Positions 12,791-25,159 of a DNA stretch of 64,000 nt are shown here, one piece after another (within the stretch, counting starts at the first letter, position 1; every line of letters begins with the position of its first letter). Where the stretch lies: the NCBI GenBank assembly GCA_951406725.2, contig OX597817.1, forward strand, positions 105,462,001 through 105,526,000, in the 5' to 3' direction. The position numbers and the translations under genes were made by a program. The notes beneath the pieces are model-generated. The model was not told the DNA's origin and ran no database searches. It worked only from the letters and a program-made list of their open reading frames with translations. This stretch comes from Octopus vulgaris (taxonomy: Eukaryota).

Positions 12791-12853
12791 TAATAAAACT
12801 CAGAGTTTCGGATACCGGGGCTGAAGTCTGCTCCGGCATCTCATCAGTTATTA
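12791..12853 (-). ncRNA. Type I hammerhead ribozyme
   Basis: TAATAA-CTGATGA-GATGCCGG agcagacttcagcc CCGGTATC c-GAAA-CTCTGAG-TT-TTATTA. Complete core, quasi-palindromic stem III, GUU triplet. Confidence 0.82.
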
Positions 12854-14440
12854 AGACAAAACGCTATAAAAAAACAAAGCGTTGAATAAAGGGAAATTAC
12901 TCCAATATGCATGGTGAAAAGTAATACTTCATTCATAGAATCCGTATATGTACACATACACATACGCATACATCTAGGCACACACACACACACACACACA
13001 TACACACACACGCATGTATATATATATATATATACTCACACACGCGTGTATATATACATACCGTAGACTCTACAACCGTAGACTCTGCAACCACTAAGGA
13101 CATAGTTTCAGCAAAGAAATATGTAAGTTTCACAGAGGGAAATTTTAAAGCCAGGTTCAACTATCACACCTTAAGCTTCAGACAATGGGAAAAAAGGAAA
13201 ACAACCAAATTATTCAGTTATATATGGTCCTTAAAAGAAAAAAGGTGTCAACTATAAGATCCACTGGAAGATCTTGGCCAAGTGTAAGCCTTACACCAAC
13301 GGCAGTGGAAAGTGTGGTCTTTGCGATGTGAAAAGATGGCTTATCTGCAAAAGTTCTTTAGACTCCGCTACACGTCTAAATTCAAGTACTAAACTTTTTG
13401 GGTCTTGTCCACATATGGAAAAACATTTGCTACGTTTTTGGACACCGCTCTCCATAAGATCACAGATAGAACCTGCTTTTGTATTATGTCCACATACAAG
13501 CCTTTCATATGTCTTAACATCACTTATATATTTATATATTTTTATTACTTTATATATTTTTCTGTATATTATTTTTCACCCTTTATAATTGTGTAAATTA
13601 TACGCATGTAGTATATATATATCTAATATATATGTGCGTGCATATATACATGTGTACGAATGATTGTATACATACGAGTGCAAGATTCTACATGTTGTAC
13701 TTGTCTCCTTCCTTTATAGATATACGTATGTATATACGTTTATATATCTGCAGGTGTAGATGTGTTCGACAGACAGGAGGGTGTATTTGTGTATATACAT
13801 ATATAAAACATTTGTATTTTCAAGTTTTTGCGGCGAATGTGAATATTTTTACGGTTTTTGTTTTTTGCGTATGTGTTTTTATTTGTATATACGTCTATCC
13901 GCGCATGTATGTGCATGTGCGTATAGACTACGTTTTGTATATCTGCGTATGTATGTGTATGTGCATATATGTGTATGTATGTGTATGTGCGTGTATGTGT
14001 ATGTGTATATGAACATAATGATGCGTGCGTGTTTGCGTGTATGTGTTTTTGTTTGTATATACGTTTTCCGCGGATGTATATGCATGTGCGTATAAACTAC
14101 GTTTTGCATATCCGCGTATGTATGTGTGTATGCGTGTAGAGATGTATATATGAGTGCAGTGATGCTTGCATGGGTATATATGCGTGTGTATGTGCGTGTA
14201 TGCGTAGACATATATATGTATATATGTGTGTTTGTATGTATACATACACGCGTGTGTGAGTATGTATATAGATATATATACATACATGTGTATATGTGTG
14301 TGTGTACATGTATGTGTGTGTACATGTATGTGTGTGTGCATGTATGCATATACGGATTGTATGAATGAAGTATTATTTTTCACTATGCATATTGGAGTAA
14401 TTTCCCTTTATTCTACTTCTTTTTTCATAGCATTTTGTTT

Positions 14441-14503
14441 TAATAACTGATGAGATGCCGGAGCAGTCTTCGGCCTCGGTATCAGAAACTCTGAGTTTTA
14501 TTA
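14441..14503 (+). ncRNA. Type I hammerhead ribozyme (second pLTR copy, slightly decayed)
   Basis: TAATAA-CTGATGA-GATGCCG...CGGTATC a-GAAA-CTCTGAG-TT-TTATTA. Confidence 0.75.
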
Positions 14504-14524
14504 TGACCACAAACTAATTGTCAC

Positions 14525-14601
<77 letters not shown>

Positions 14602-14629
14602 GTATATATATATATACATACACACACAT

Positions 14630-14702
<73 letters not shown>

Positions 14703-14934
14703 GGTGTAAAAAGGTTGAGTGTAGATTCGTCCTTTAATTTTGGAGGTTTCCAAAAGAGATTTCTAATTTTGATTCTTCATACTTTTCTGGTAGTTTACAT
14801 GCATAAATTTGCGAAGATATGAAAGTAATACATGTATATAATGTATGAGGAATTTATGGAAAGAAGTCCTATTAAACTCATCAATTTATTTTAAAATAGG
14901 AGAGACAAGCTGTTAAAATAATAAGTTAAATTCT

Positions 14935-15050
14935 TGCAAACGATCGTTTCGTACAGAGATATAAAAATAATAATGCAAATTCTTGATTGAATTAAATTAA
15001 ATCAAATTAGTTAAATTAATTAAATATATCAATGTACTCTTCAGGAGATT
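14935..15050 (-). ncRNA. Hammerhead-like motif with long AT-rich stem II (stem I poor)
   Basis: CTGAAGA-GTACA-[about 78 nt AT-rich]-TGTAC-GAAA-CGATCG-TT. Palindromic stem III. Confidence 0.55.
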
Positions 15051-15090
15051 CATATTGTTATCCATGTGAGAAAGAGATATGAGTCATGTT

Positions 15091-15131
<41 letters not shown>

Positions 15132-15573
15132 AATATTAGTTCTTTTATTTTCATAAATCATGCAATTATATTTTATTTTTCAATTATTTTTATTATTACA
15201 TTGAATACCACTGTCTTCCTCTTCTCATTTCTACTTTACTCAAATATTTGTCATTCTCGCAAACGCACGAGGATTGACATGCCTCTTTCTTATTTTCTTT
15301 TTTATCCCCAGTTCCCACCCTTTTGTTTTTTTCTTCTTTACGATGAAGAATAAATAAGTCCAAAGGGAACAAATATTAGTTTCTTTCATTCATTTACCAT
15401 CGTGAGAATGCAGCATTTTTCGTGTTATTTGTATGTATATGAGTGTGAATGTAGATGCATAAATGTCTATACGTACATACATACATACATACATACATAC
15501 ATACATACATACATACATACATACATACATACATGCATGCATACATACATGCATGCATGCATACATACATACA

Positions 15574-15605
<32 letters not shown>

Positions 15606-15649
15606 CATACATATATATATACATATACATACATACATTCATACATACA

Positions 15650-15713
<64 letters not shown>

Positions 15714-15971
15714 AGGAAAGAGAGAAAGAAAACTGTTTCTTCTGTTGATCAATATGGGCGGTGGAGAAGAAAACAAAGCGTAAAATTGAACCAAGAGAAA
15801 GTAATAGCAAAGATAAATAGAGAAAACGAGTAATGCTATTGAAGCAGTTGGTAAACAGTTTAAAGAATGTCTCAGATGAAATGGAGAAAGGATGTGTATG
15901 AGTGAGTGAGAACGTATATAACAGCGAGAAAGAAAGAGAGAGGGAGATAGAAGGATACATACATACATACA

Positions 15972-16077
<106 letters not shown>

Positions 16078-16200
16078 AAACACAGAGGGAGATAGAAAGA
16101 GAGACAGACAGATAGACTGGGAAAAAGTGGGCTGCACGGAAAGTATCAGAGAATTACGGATTGAAAGAGGGCGATCTTAGTTAATATTATAGCTTTACTA

Positions 16201-16749
16201 CGGAGTGGGTGAAAAGTAAGTAGGCGTTAAAAATTGGTAATAGAATCCATATTCTTTTCACAAATTTATTGAAACAAATGATACATGTTCTTTATTACAC
16301 GGGAAAATGAAAACAAATCTTCATATTTCAACGTAAGCATCGGTGGCGTCAACCATTTTCCTCAAACGGCGAGAGGTGGAATGAACAACCTTCTGAAGGA
16401 CGTCGTCTGGGATATCATCGAGAACCTCCAGAATCCGTACCTCCATGTCATCTGCTTTGCATGACAACTTTTTATTGTCTCCGGACGTAGTGTTTCATGC
16501 TTACCTTTTCACGCACGCCACTATCTCTAAACCAAAACAATGGAATTTCACACCTCATAATGTTGCTATCTTAGCTTGCTCCTGAACAGTCAAGCGACCG
16601 GCCAACTGGAAAACAAGAAATAAGACAATAAGAAAATAAAAAATCCTTGTTATTGTTGTCTGTTTAAAAAAATGTTTTCGTCATGACTTCAGTGATACTA
16701 AAAATTCTGTAAGCAATTTCTAATGCCTAGTTACTTTCCACCCACCCTG
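16201..16749 (-). mobile_element. Internally deleted Tc1/mariner element
   Basis: Imperfect TIRs of about 38 bp (CGGAGTGGGTGAAAAGTAAGTAGGCGTT / AATGCCTAGTTACTTTCCACCCACCCTG), TA on both sides. Transposase N- and C-terminal remnants (AGRLTVQEQAKIA; EDMEVRILEVLDDIPDDVLQKVVHS). Confidence 0.85.
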
Positions 16750-16919
16750 TAGATTAAAACGTCGCTGCTTTCAGTTAGTGACTAGTATGTTTCTTCTTTT
16801 TGTTTTCTCCATTAGGGATATTGTTGCTGGATTGTTCCCGTGTTGCTATTGAATTTTGTTTTGTTTTTTTGTTGGTTTTTTTTTTGTATTATTGAATAAT
16901 TTTGTGTGGTTGTTGTTGT

Positions 16920-18080
16920 CCGTTTTTGTGTTGTCCGCGAAAATATTTAAAAAATAACACAACACAAAAGATAATTCGACAACAACAATGTTAGAAAATT
17001 TATTAAATGAACTTATCAGATATGAGGGCCTTATTTTATCATAGGTTTACAATGCCGATAAAACTGGTTTGTCCTATCGAGCTGTTCCTAAAAATACCTT
17101 CGCTTATAAACATGAACACAACACTCTTGGTTTCAAATTAAATTTTTGCTATATTTTGCGCAGATACTGATGGTTTGCGTCACCTGAATGGTAGAGAAAT
17201 CGAAAGAATCCACAAATCTTAAAGATATCATTAATCATTTGCCTGAAATATGCACCAACTCCTATAATGCAAGATTAAGTCCAGTGACTTTTTTCAACCA
17301 TTTTGTCCCCGATATCAGGTGTTTCCAAACAGATGCTCAGAAGGTTTCTCTTCACAATGTAAAGACATTATTTGTTACCTGACAACGGTTCACGCTTATC
17401 CTAACGTTGTGAAGTTTGTAATTATAGATAGTAGAATTAAATGTCCTTTAAAACTTCAGTTATTCAGCCAATGAACCAAGGAATAGTTGCCTGCAAGAAG
17501 CTGTATGAGAATTTTATTGAAGGAGTAATGGTTATGATGTAAGATGAATAACATACAGAAGATACAAGGGAGAGAGTGAACACTTCAGAATCTACGAACC
17601 TACAACATCAAGTCTGCTCTCTTTTAACTTTGTTGGGAGGAGTTGAAGATTACGACTTTGTCAAATGTTCGGAGGAAGCTGCTGAAAATGGTCTGGATTT
17701 TGGAATGTTTGAAGTAAATGATTTTTAGCGCACTGTTTTAAATGCTGGCTACTGGGAAACAACTGAAGATGATGTCCAGGAATGCCTTGAAATTAAAGCA
17801 AATGATCTTAGTTATCAAGCCTTAACTGGTGAAGAAATTATGGATGCGGTTCTATATGACATGACAGAAAAACAAGAAAAACTTGAGAAAGAGGGAGTTA
17901 TCCCAACATAGCCAACAATGTCTGAAACAAGGAATATCATGGGCATTGTCATCTACTACAATGGAACATCTGATTTTGTGATTATCTTTTACTATGGATA
18001 TTTTCGACAATTCAGAGCAATTTTGATTAAGAAGCAATGTCAGAGCGGGAAACAGCTGAAGTTAGAAACTTTCTTTAAGA
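16920..18080 (+). pseudogene. Decayed Tigger/pogo-like (DDE_1) transposase
   Basis: VYNADKTGLSYRAVPKNT..LGFK and IQPMNQGIV remnants; many disablements. Confidence 0.7.
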
Positions 18081-18835
18081 TATAATTCCCCCAAATCTCA
18101 CTTTTATTGCCACATCTAACAGCCTGTACCCTACAACTGTCCAAAAACAAACAGGCGTCACCAGTGGCTCTATTTGTGCCCATTCCAGAAGAGTCTAATT
18201 GAACTGGTAACGAGTTTATATTTGCATGCATCACTGCTTAGCGCTTCTAATCCGTATTTAACCATAGCCGGGCTGCCGATCAGCATAACTAGTCACAGTA
18301 CTTTGACAGGAACATAATAAGAGAGACTTGGTTCCTAGTAGTCAGTTCGGAACGCTTCTCTTTCCAGTGTTCGATGCTGAAGGAGAGATAACTACTCCGA
18401 AATGCATGTATCCATTGATCTGGGTGGAGGGCGCACCGAACTGACTTGGTGTGTCTACACCTCCTTTTCAACAGCGAGATTTTGTTTTCGCTTTGACAAA
18501 ATGCTGTGAATAACTTTTTTATGGGTTCGAACATGTTATAAGCATATTTTGAATAGTAATAAGTTTTTTTTCTGTAATCTAAATTTTCTTACGTGCAATG
18601 TGTACTGTTTTAGCTCCTATAAAAAGTTTCCGAGCTTCAAACAGTTAAAGAGTTGGAGCAAGCTTAGGCATGCTCATTATGTATGAGAGATAAGGTAAGG
18701 AAACTGTAAACTCGACTTTACTTTTTATCCCTCCGGTGTCGATAAAATAAATACCATCTGAGCCCGGAGTTGATGTAATCGACCAAAATACAGCCCAAAA
18801 ACAAATTGTTGGCCTTGTGCGAAAAGGGGACCGTT

Positions 18836-18872
<37 letters not shown>

Positions 18873-18938
18873 TTGCTGCTGCTGCTGCTGCTTCTGTTGT
18901 TGTTGTTGTTGTTGTTATGATAATTATTATATGTGTTG

Positions 18939-19152
18939 GGGCGGCGAGCTGGCAGACCGTTTGCACACCGAGCAAAATGCAGAGCAGCACTTCGTCCGAC
19001 TTTACTTTCTGATTTCAAATTCCGCCGAAGTCGACTCTGCCTTTCATTCCTTCGGTGTCGATAAAATAAGTACTATCTGAGCACTGGGGCCGATGTAGTC
19101 GTCTTAAGCCCTCCCCCTAACTTGCTGGCCTTCTACCAAATTGTGAAACCAA
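18939..19152 (+). mobile_element. SINE family A (partial neighbours at about 18713-18825 and 19165-19260)
   Basis: Similarity to 5303-5534. Confidence 0.85.
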
Positions 19153-19276
19153 TTACATGGTAAGGGGACAAGCTGATAAAATCATTAGCATACCGGACAA
19201 AATGCTTAATTGCATTCCTTACGGATTTACGTTCTGAGTACAATTGCCGCCGGCAAAGTTTCAGGCCTTGTGCTCA

Positions 19277-19660
19277 TATTCTTTTACTTGTTACAGTCAT
19301 TTGACTGCGGCCATGCTGGAGCACCGCCTAAAAGGGTTTCAGTCGATGAAATCGACCCCAGAACTAACTCTTTGTAAGCCTGGTACTTACCCTATTAGTC
19401 TCTTTTGCCGAACCGCTAAGTTACGGGGACGTAAGCACACCAGCATCAGTTGTCAAGCGATGGCGGGGGAATAAACACAGACACACACATAAACATATAC
19501 ATATACATTTATATACGACGGGCTTCTTTCAGTTTCCGTTTACCAAATCCACTCACAAGGCTTTGGTCGACCCTAGGCTATAGTAGAAGACATTCACCCA
19601 AAGTACCACGCAATGGGACTGAACCCAGGACCATGTGGTTGGGAAGCAAACTACTTACCA
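19277..19660 (-). mobile_element. SINE family B, full copy
   Basis: Similarity to 3211-3631. Confidence 0.9.
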
Positions 19661-21233
19661 CTTATCAATTGAATAATATATTCGTAATCTCGGGAATAAG
19701 CCGTTCTAATCCCGCAATCCAGGGATAAGGGAAATATCTTTTGGCTACTATACTTTCCCCTTGTGACTTAAGACTGCTGTTCCGACGTAAGTATATCACA
19801 AACACAATGGAATTCTCGTAAAGGCACGCAGCGCTAGTCTTAGACTGAACAATGATATGGGTAGGTTAGTTTGGAGCTGAGTCGTGCACGGCAAGTCCTT
19901 GTTGGTTTCAACATTTTCAACTTTTCTGTTGTAATAGCGAAGTCATTGAACCATAAGTAGGACATTCTGAGTCATTTCAGTGTCAAACGGAACAAATTTG
20001 TTAACCGAGAACACACCCTTCATGTCAGGACACAAGGTAAGTCGACATGTGCATACATACATACAAGCATACATGCATACACACATACATGCATACATAC
20101 ATACATACATACACATACATACATACATACATACATACATACATACATACATACATACATACATACATACATACACACATGCAAACATACATACATACAT
20201 ACATACATACATACATACATACATACATACATACATACATACATAAATACATACGAAACTTTTAAAGAGCATTTTTATATTTTTGAACAGTTAACAGACA
20301 AAATTACCATGGCTAAACGTATAAGTCTCCATCGACCAAATCGTGACAACAATCACTGTACACAATGGACCTACAATCCTAATAAAGACTTATGTGAAGT
20401 ATATATACAATCTGATCCCCAAAACTTCGGTTTTATGCAAAGGCTAAAACAATTTGTGGAACTGCAAACGCCCAGAATTAAATTTTTTCCCAGAACATTT
20501 AAATGAACAAGCAAAACGTACCATTAGATATAAATTGATACATATAACGGAAATGCAGACTTTTATTATAAAACTAGTCATTGAAGACGTTCGTCCCACT
20601 TCCACAGTTGGACAAAAGAGACGGTCGGCTAAATCTAGCTGTAAACAATACCAACAATTTAGCTGAAGTCCATATCTATACTGTGCAAATAGAAGAACAC
20701 CAGAAACTTGTGAACGCCTTACAAGTGATCTGAGATTATGTTTTCACAAGTCTACAACCTTAATTTGAATGACAGGCCATACAACACCAGTATAAATAAA
20801 GTACCCAATAAATTAACATTAGCGACAGTAAACAAAATAGCAAACAAACATCTGCTGACCACTCAGTCCAGAGGTATGAAAACAACTTACCAAACCATTA
20901 ATCTTTTAATATATGTCTCATCTATTATATCACTAGCTGAAGCCATGCAGTCGAGATTCAAACAGAAAGCCTAAACCAGTATGAGCACGTAACTTTAAAA
21001 ATAGTTTTATTTCTATGAAAAAGTATTTCACAAATCGTTATGAGACAGGAGAGAAAAAATTCACACGACATTAGGAGGATCTCAGAAAATAAAAAAACTA
21101 GAGCGGCTATTTGGAGATATAAGATTCAAAAACCTAAACTCCAAATTGCATCACTAAAACAACAATCCACAGCTACAGCTGAAAAGGCTAGAATATAAAT
21201 CTACAGTATCTAAACGACAAATGCTCAAATAAA

Positions 21234-22199
21234 CACTGGTCAACAACCAAAATGCTTCTGAGACCAGAGTAGCAATTTCCAACTAATTTTAGGTCGCTGA
21301 TAATGAATGCCGTGGTTAAAACTGTTTGTTATGTCTATTTCTCAAGATACACGTACGTGTTACTACAGGTTCCAACAGGCTTGCGGCAATGTGTTTCTTA
21401 CCTCACTCACAGTCCCACTGCCATTCAGTATTGTCCCAGCAGTTATAGGAGGTGGTTATCATGCGCAAGTTTATGTATTGAGGTGAAAGGTAGGTGATTT
21501 TCCTAGTCAAACACTTTTGAAACTTATAATTGAGTAAGCTATTGATATGCATGTGAGACATTTTATATCAATTTTATTTTCCTACTGAATGATATAAATA
21601 CTTGTAAGTTGTCATGTTCAGTATTATAACGATGAATCTATGAATGAATTTTCTGTTTATCTTCTAATTATTTGTTATTTTCTTCTTTCAGATGCCTCGC
21701 ACTTGTGTGAATAAGGCAGACAACTTCTGTTACATTTATGGTGGGGTGTCCTTTGCATTTCAGAAGCGTCGTATAACTACTATGGCATATCACCTATGTT
21801 TTGGGTGCGAGATTGGCGACCAGGATAGACTTTTCCCTAGCGAACTGTAGGACAGTTAGTGACGAACTTGGTGAAAGATTTCACCAAGATATTTCAACCA
21901 TGGAAAAGCGGTACCAGAGCAAAGAGTACAACAATGCTTGCAGATTATTGCTGGACATTGGCAAGAGGTGATTCTTCAATCCACTATAAGTGTCAAGCAA
22001 AAAGGCAGAGAGTAGATACAGACGAGCTTAAAATATAATGACACATATTGTACATTATAGTAAAATAATCAAATATTACATGTCGTGTATCTTTAAGCCC
22101 ATAGCTAGTAAGTATTTCTGAAGGTAATATTTGGATTCAAGACATGAAAATACATGAGAATTAACTAAGAAGCACACAACTTTTCCAACTTGACCAGTG
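21234..22199 (+). mobile_element. Internally deleted Chapaev3-like (CMC) DNA transposon
   Basis: Perfect 10-bp TIR CACTGGTCAA / TTGACCAGTG. N-terminus MPRTCVNKADNFCYI..FGCEIGDQD is fused to C-terminus VSDELGERFHQDISTMEKRYQ..MLADYCWTLAR. Acceptor TTCTTTCAG immediately before the ATG. Confidence 0.82.
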
Positions 22200-22734
22200 T
22201 TATTTGCTAGAGATCCCAAGTCAGTTTATCGCAGCTTCAGTACGAAAGGCTCAATCTCTGTAAAATACACCCCAGAAAAAGATCAGGTTGAGGGTTATTG
22301 GAGATCTGTATGGTTAAAAAAATGATAAATTCTGTAACAGTAGCGTTATGTTAAAGGTGAAGATGATTTTGATGCTGACTCCCAGAAAGAAAGATCGTAG
22401 CCGAAGTTGTAGATAATATATTTAGTTCACCATTACATATAAATTAAAGCCAAAACGACGACGGGCAGGCGTGTATAAAAAAGTCGGAAAGCATACGAGG
22501 TAACGAGAGTTATATTTTCTTGTAAAAGGGTAGGTACCGTTGGACTTACTTATTCCCTGTCGTTCTAGCAGCCGCGTAACTAAATAGATCGAGTGATAAT
22601 TTCGAAACGAAAAATGAGCGAGTGAGAAAATAAGAGAGTGGTGGACGGGACGATTGTGTTGCTGGTGAATTCCATAGATGTCCCTCTATGACGTTACTTC
22701 TGTCGAGACGGTATTTCGTTCTATAGATATTGAA

Positions 22735-23030
22735 ATTAAATTTGGTGAGTCCAAATGTGCATTATTAACAATAGAACGTGGAAAATCTGTGCCCTCCTCT
22801 GAAAACCTAATAGAATGAACGGCTTGACAATGCATCCTATACAGTCTGGAGGTATCTTAAACCAGATGAGAATAGCCCACAACACCTTTATAGTGCCTGC
22901 CATCATGCCTACATTTGGCTCTCTGAACTGATCACCACAAAAACTCATTGAGATAGATGTTCAAACTCGCAACTGCTCAGAGTTACAGGAAACTTCAATA
23001 TCAATGGAGGTGTAGACAGGTTATACGACT
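22735..23030 (+). mobile_element. R4/Dong-like LINE fragment
   Basis: LKFGESKCALLTIERGK; AHNTFIVPAIMPTFG..EIDVQTR..GNFNINGGVDRLY. Confidence 0.6.
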
Positions 23031-23059
23031 GAATGATCGAATGTATAAGTAATTGAATA

Positions 23060-23580
23060 TTCTCCTTCTAATGGCTCAGAGTCCAGAGTATCAGACACAG
23101 CCATCAGTCCTTCCATACACTGCTGTCTCGAACTGCAGCCATACACTTCGCCAGAGTTCTCCCCATGTTGTCCTCGATACGATCCTCATTGTCCGCCGTG
23201 AGCTCGTTTCCTGTCTATCCAGCCCCCGAGGATGTGGGCGCAAAGGTTCTAGGTCCAGATAACGTGACCAAAAGATTAGTTTTTTTGTCACCTGATTTTT
23301 GCCACCTGACTTTCGTTTCTGCTTCCAACTCCTCCAGGACTGAAATCGTTCGTCCTACTGACTGTCAACATTATTTCCACCGTAGCACGTTATATCGGAC
23401 GCACTCAGTCCCTTGGTGCCATCCTCTGTTTCAGTTAATACTTTGCAAACCATATATCATTGCTGGCCAGACTATGATGTTTAAAACATTCAATACGATG
23501 GTTTTGCTAAGGGCGCAATCTTGTCGTAAAGAAGACATTTGTGCGGCCGTTTGGGTAACAGTAGGACCTAGATACTTGTG
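23060..23580 (-). mobile_element. Highly decayed RTE-like LINE 3' fragment
   Basis: Remnants such as VLNIIVWPAMIYG and KKLIFWSR; weak. Confidence 0.4.
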
Positions 23581-23675
23581 GAGCTAGGCTAGCGTGGCTC
23601 CTTAACATCGGATGGTATGCTGCTTTGGTCCCTTGATGAATAAAAACACATATCACACAGACACTCACTCACGCA

Positions 23676-23716
<41 letters not shown>

Positions 23717-24146
23717 TTATGTTAGTATGTATGGATGCTTGCATGCATGCTAGTATGCAGTATATAAATAGATTGACAACTTATTTCTCCGGGATTGGTC
23801 AAAAGATGTATACACATACGATAAGAACTCGATAGGGTTCGAACATCGAGTAAGGAATTTATCATTTTCTTCAATCTGCGATGATTAAATTTGCCATGTT
23901 TGTGTTTCTATTACGTAGGTTTACATAACTATGTGTGCGCGTGTCTTTTACTCTTTTAGTGGTTTCAATCAATAGACTGCGGCCACGCTGGTGCACTGCC
24001 TTGGTTTTATTTTTCAAACGTATATAATTACCTTTTTTCCAGTTTCGTTGAAGTTTTAACGTTGAAAGTTGGTTTATAATTGAGTTAGTAGCAGCTGATC
24101 TTCCTTGAGTATACCCTTATGTAGTTAGTAAATATTTTGGTTATGA

Positions 24147-24476
24147 CAGTGGTTCTCAACGGGAGTTCATACGATCTCTGGGGCGGGGTTTCATATACAG
24201 ATTTTAAAGTGTTCCACGCAAGTAAAATAGTAAATTGGTGGTCCACAGTACTATTTTAAGGGTCCATGAAAAAGTTTCGATTTAGACGTAGTTATTGCAA
24301 GAAATAACTAAATTTCTTTCTCAAATGTTTTACTTAGTTCAACCTTCACAAGTTAATGTGTGAATAACAAAATAGAAATTTTGGAAGAACTTCCTATAAA
24401 ACTGGCTATGGGAGTCTACCAGAATAGGATAGTAATCAAAGAGGTCTATAGGTACAAAAACGGTTGAGAACAACTG
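24147..24476. mobile_element. hAT (Charlie-type) MITE
   Basis: TIRs CAGTGGTTCTCAAC / GTTGAGAACAACTG (13/14). TSD not preserved. Confidence 0.75.
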
Positions 24477-24496
24477 GTTTCTTAAAATATTTCGAT

Positions 24497-24791
24497 ATAG
24501 GCGTAGGAGTGGCTGTGTGGTAAGTATAGGCGTAGGAGTGGCTGTGTGGTAAGTATAGGCGTAGGAGTGGCTGTGTGGTAAGTATAGGCGTAGGAGTGGC
24601 TGTGTGGCAAGTATAGGAGTAGGAGTGGCTGTGTGGTAAGTAGCTTTACTTACGAACCACATGATTCCAGATTCAGTCTCACTGCGTGGCACCTTGGGCA
24701 AGTGTCTTCTGCTATAGCCTCGGGCCGACCAAAGCCTTGTGAGTGGATTTGGTAGACGGAAACTGAAAGAAGCCCGTCGTATATATGTATG

Positions 24792-24841
<50 letters not shown>

Positions 24842-25040
24842 TCACCCCAACATCGCTTGACAACCGATGCTGGTGTGTTTACGTCCCCGTAACCTAGCGG
24901 TTCGGAAAAATAGAACGATAGAATAAGTACTAACTTCCAAAGAATAAGTCCCGGGGTCTATTTGCTCGACTAAAGGCGGTGCTCCAGCATGGCCACAGTC
25001 AAATGACTGAAACAAGTAAAAGAGTAAACGAGTAAAAGAG
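24497..25040 (+). mobile_element. SINE family B with 5 tandem copies of its 29-bp 5' end
   Basis: (ATAGGCGTAGGAGTGGCTGTGTGGTAAGT) x5 at 24497-24641, followed by a normal SINE body. Confidence 0.92.
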
Positions 25041-25120
25041 AGGTCCCTTTTATGTTTCTGAATTGTTTTAGGTAGGCAGTTGAATAGCTGAGGGCCTGTA
25101 AATATCACATTCTTACAGTA

Positions 25121-25159
<39 letters not shown>

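Larger units (their letters stand above)
12761..14533 (+). mobile_element. Penelope-like element: GIY-YIG C-terminal remnant flanked by inverted pseudo-LTRs
   Basis: About 13060-13450 encodes EGNFKARFNYHTLSFR..TTKLFSYIWSLKEK..IHWKILAKCKPYTNGSGKCGLC..LN..SCPH. Inverted arms of about 190 bp (12761-12950 / 14347-14533), each with a hammerhead. Confidence 0.85.

Noticed and set aside
20280-21230. A-rich stretch with short ORFs, possibly a retroelement ORF remnant
   Set aside because: No recognisable motif; cannot be assigned.
24497-24641. 29-bp repeats resembling a CRISPR array
   Set aside because: No spacers; the unit is the SINE 5' end; eukaryotic context with no cas genes.
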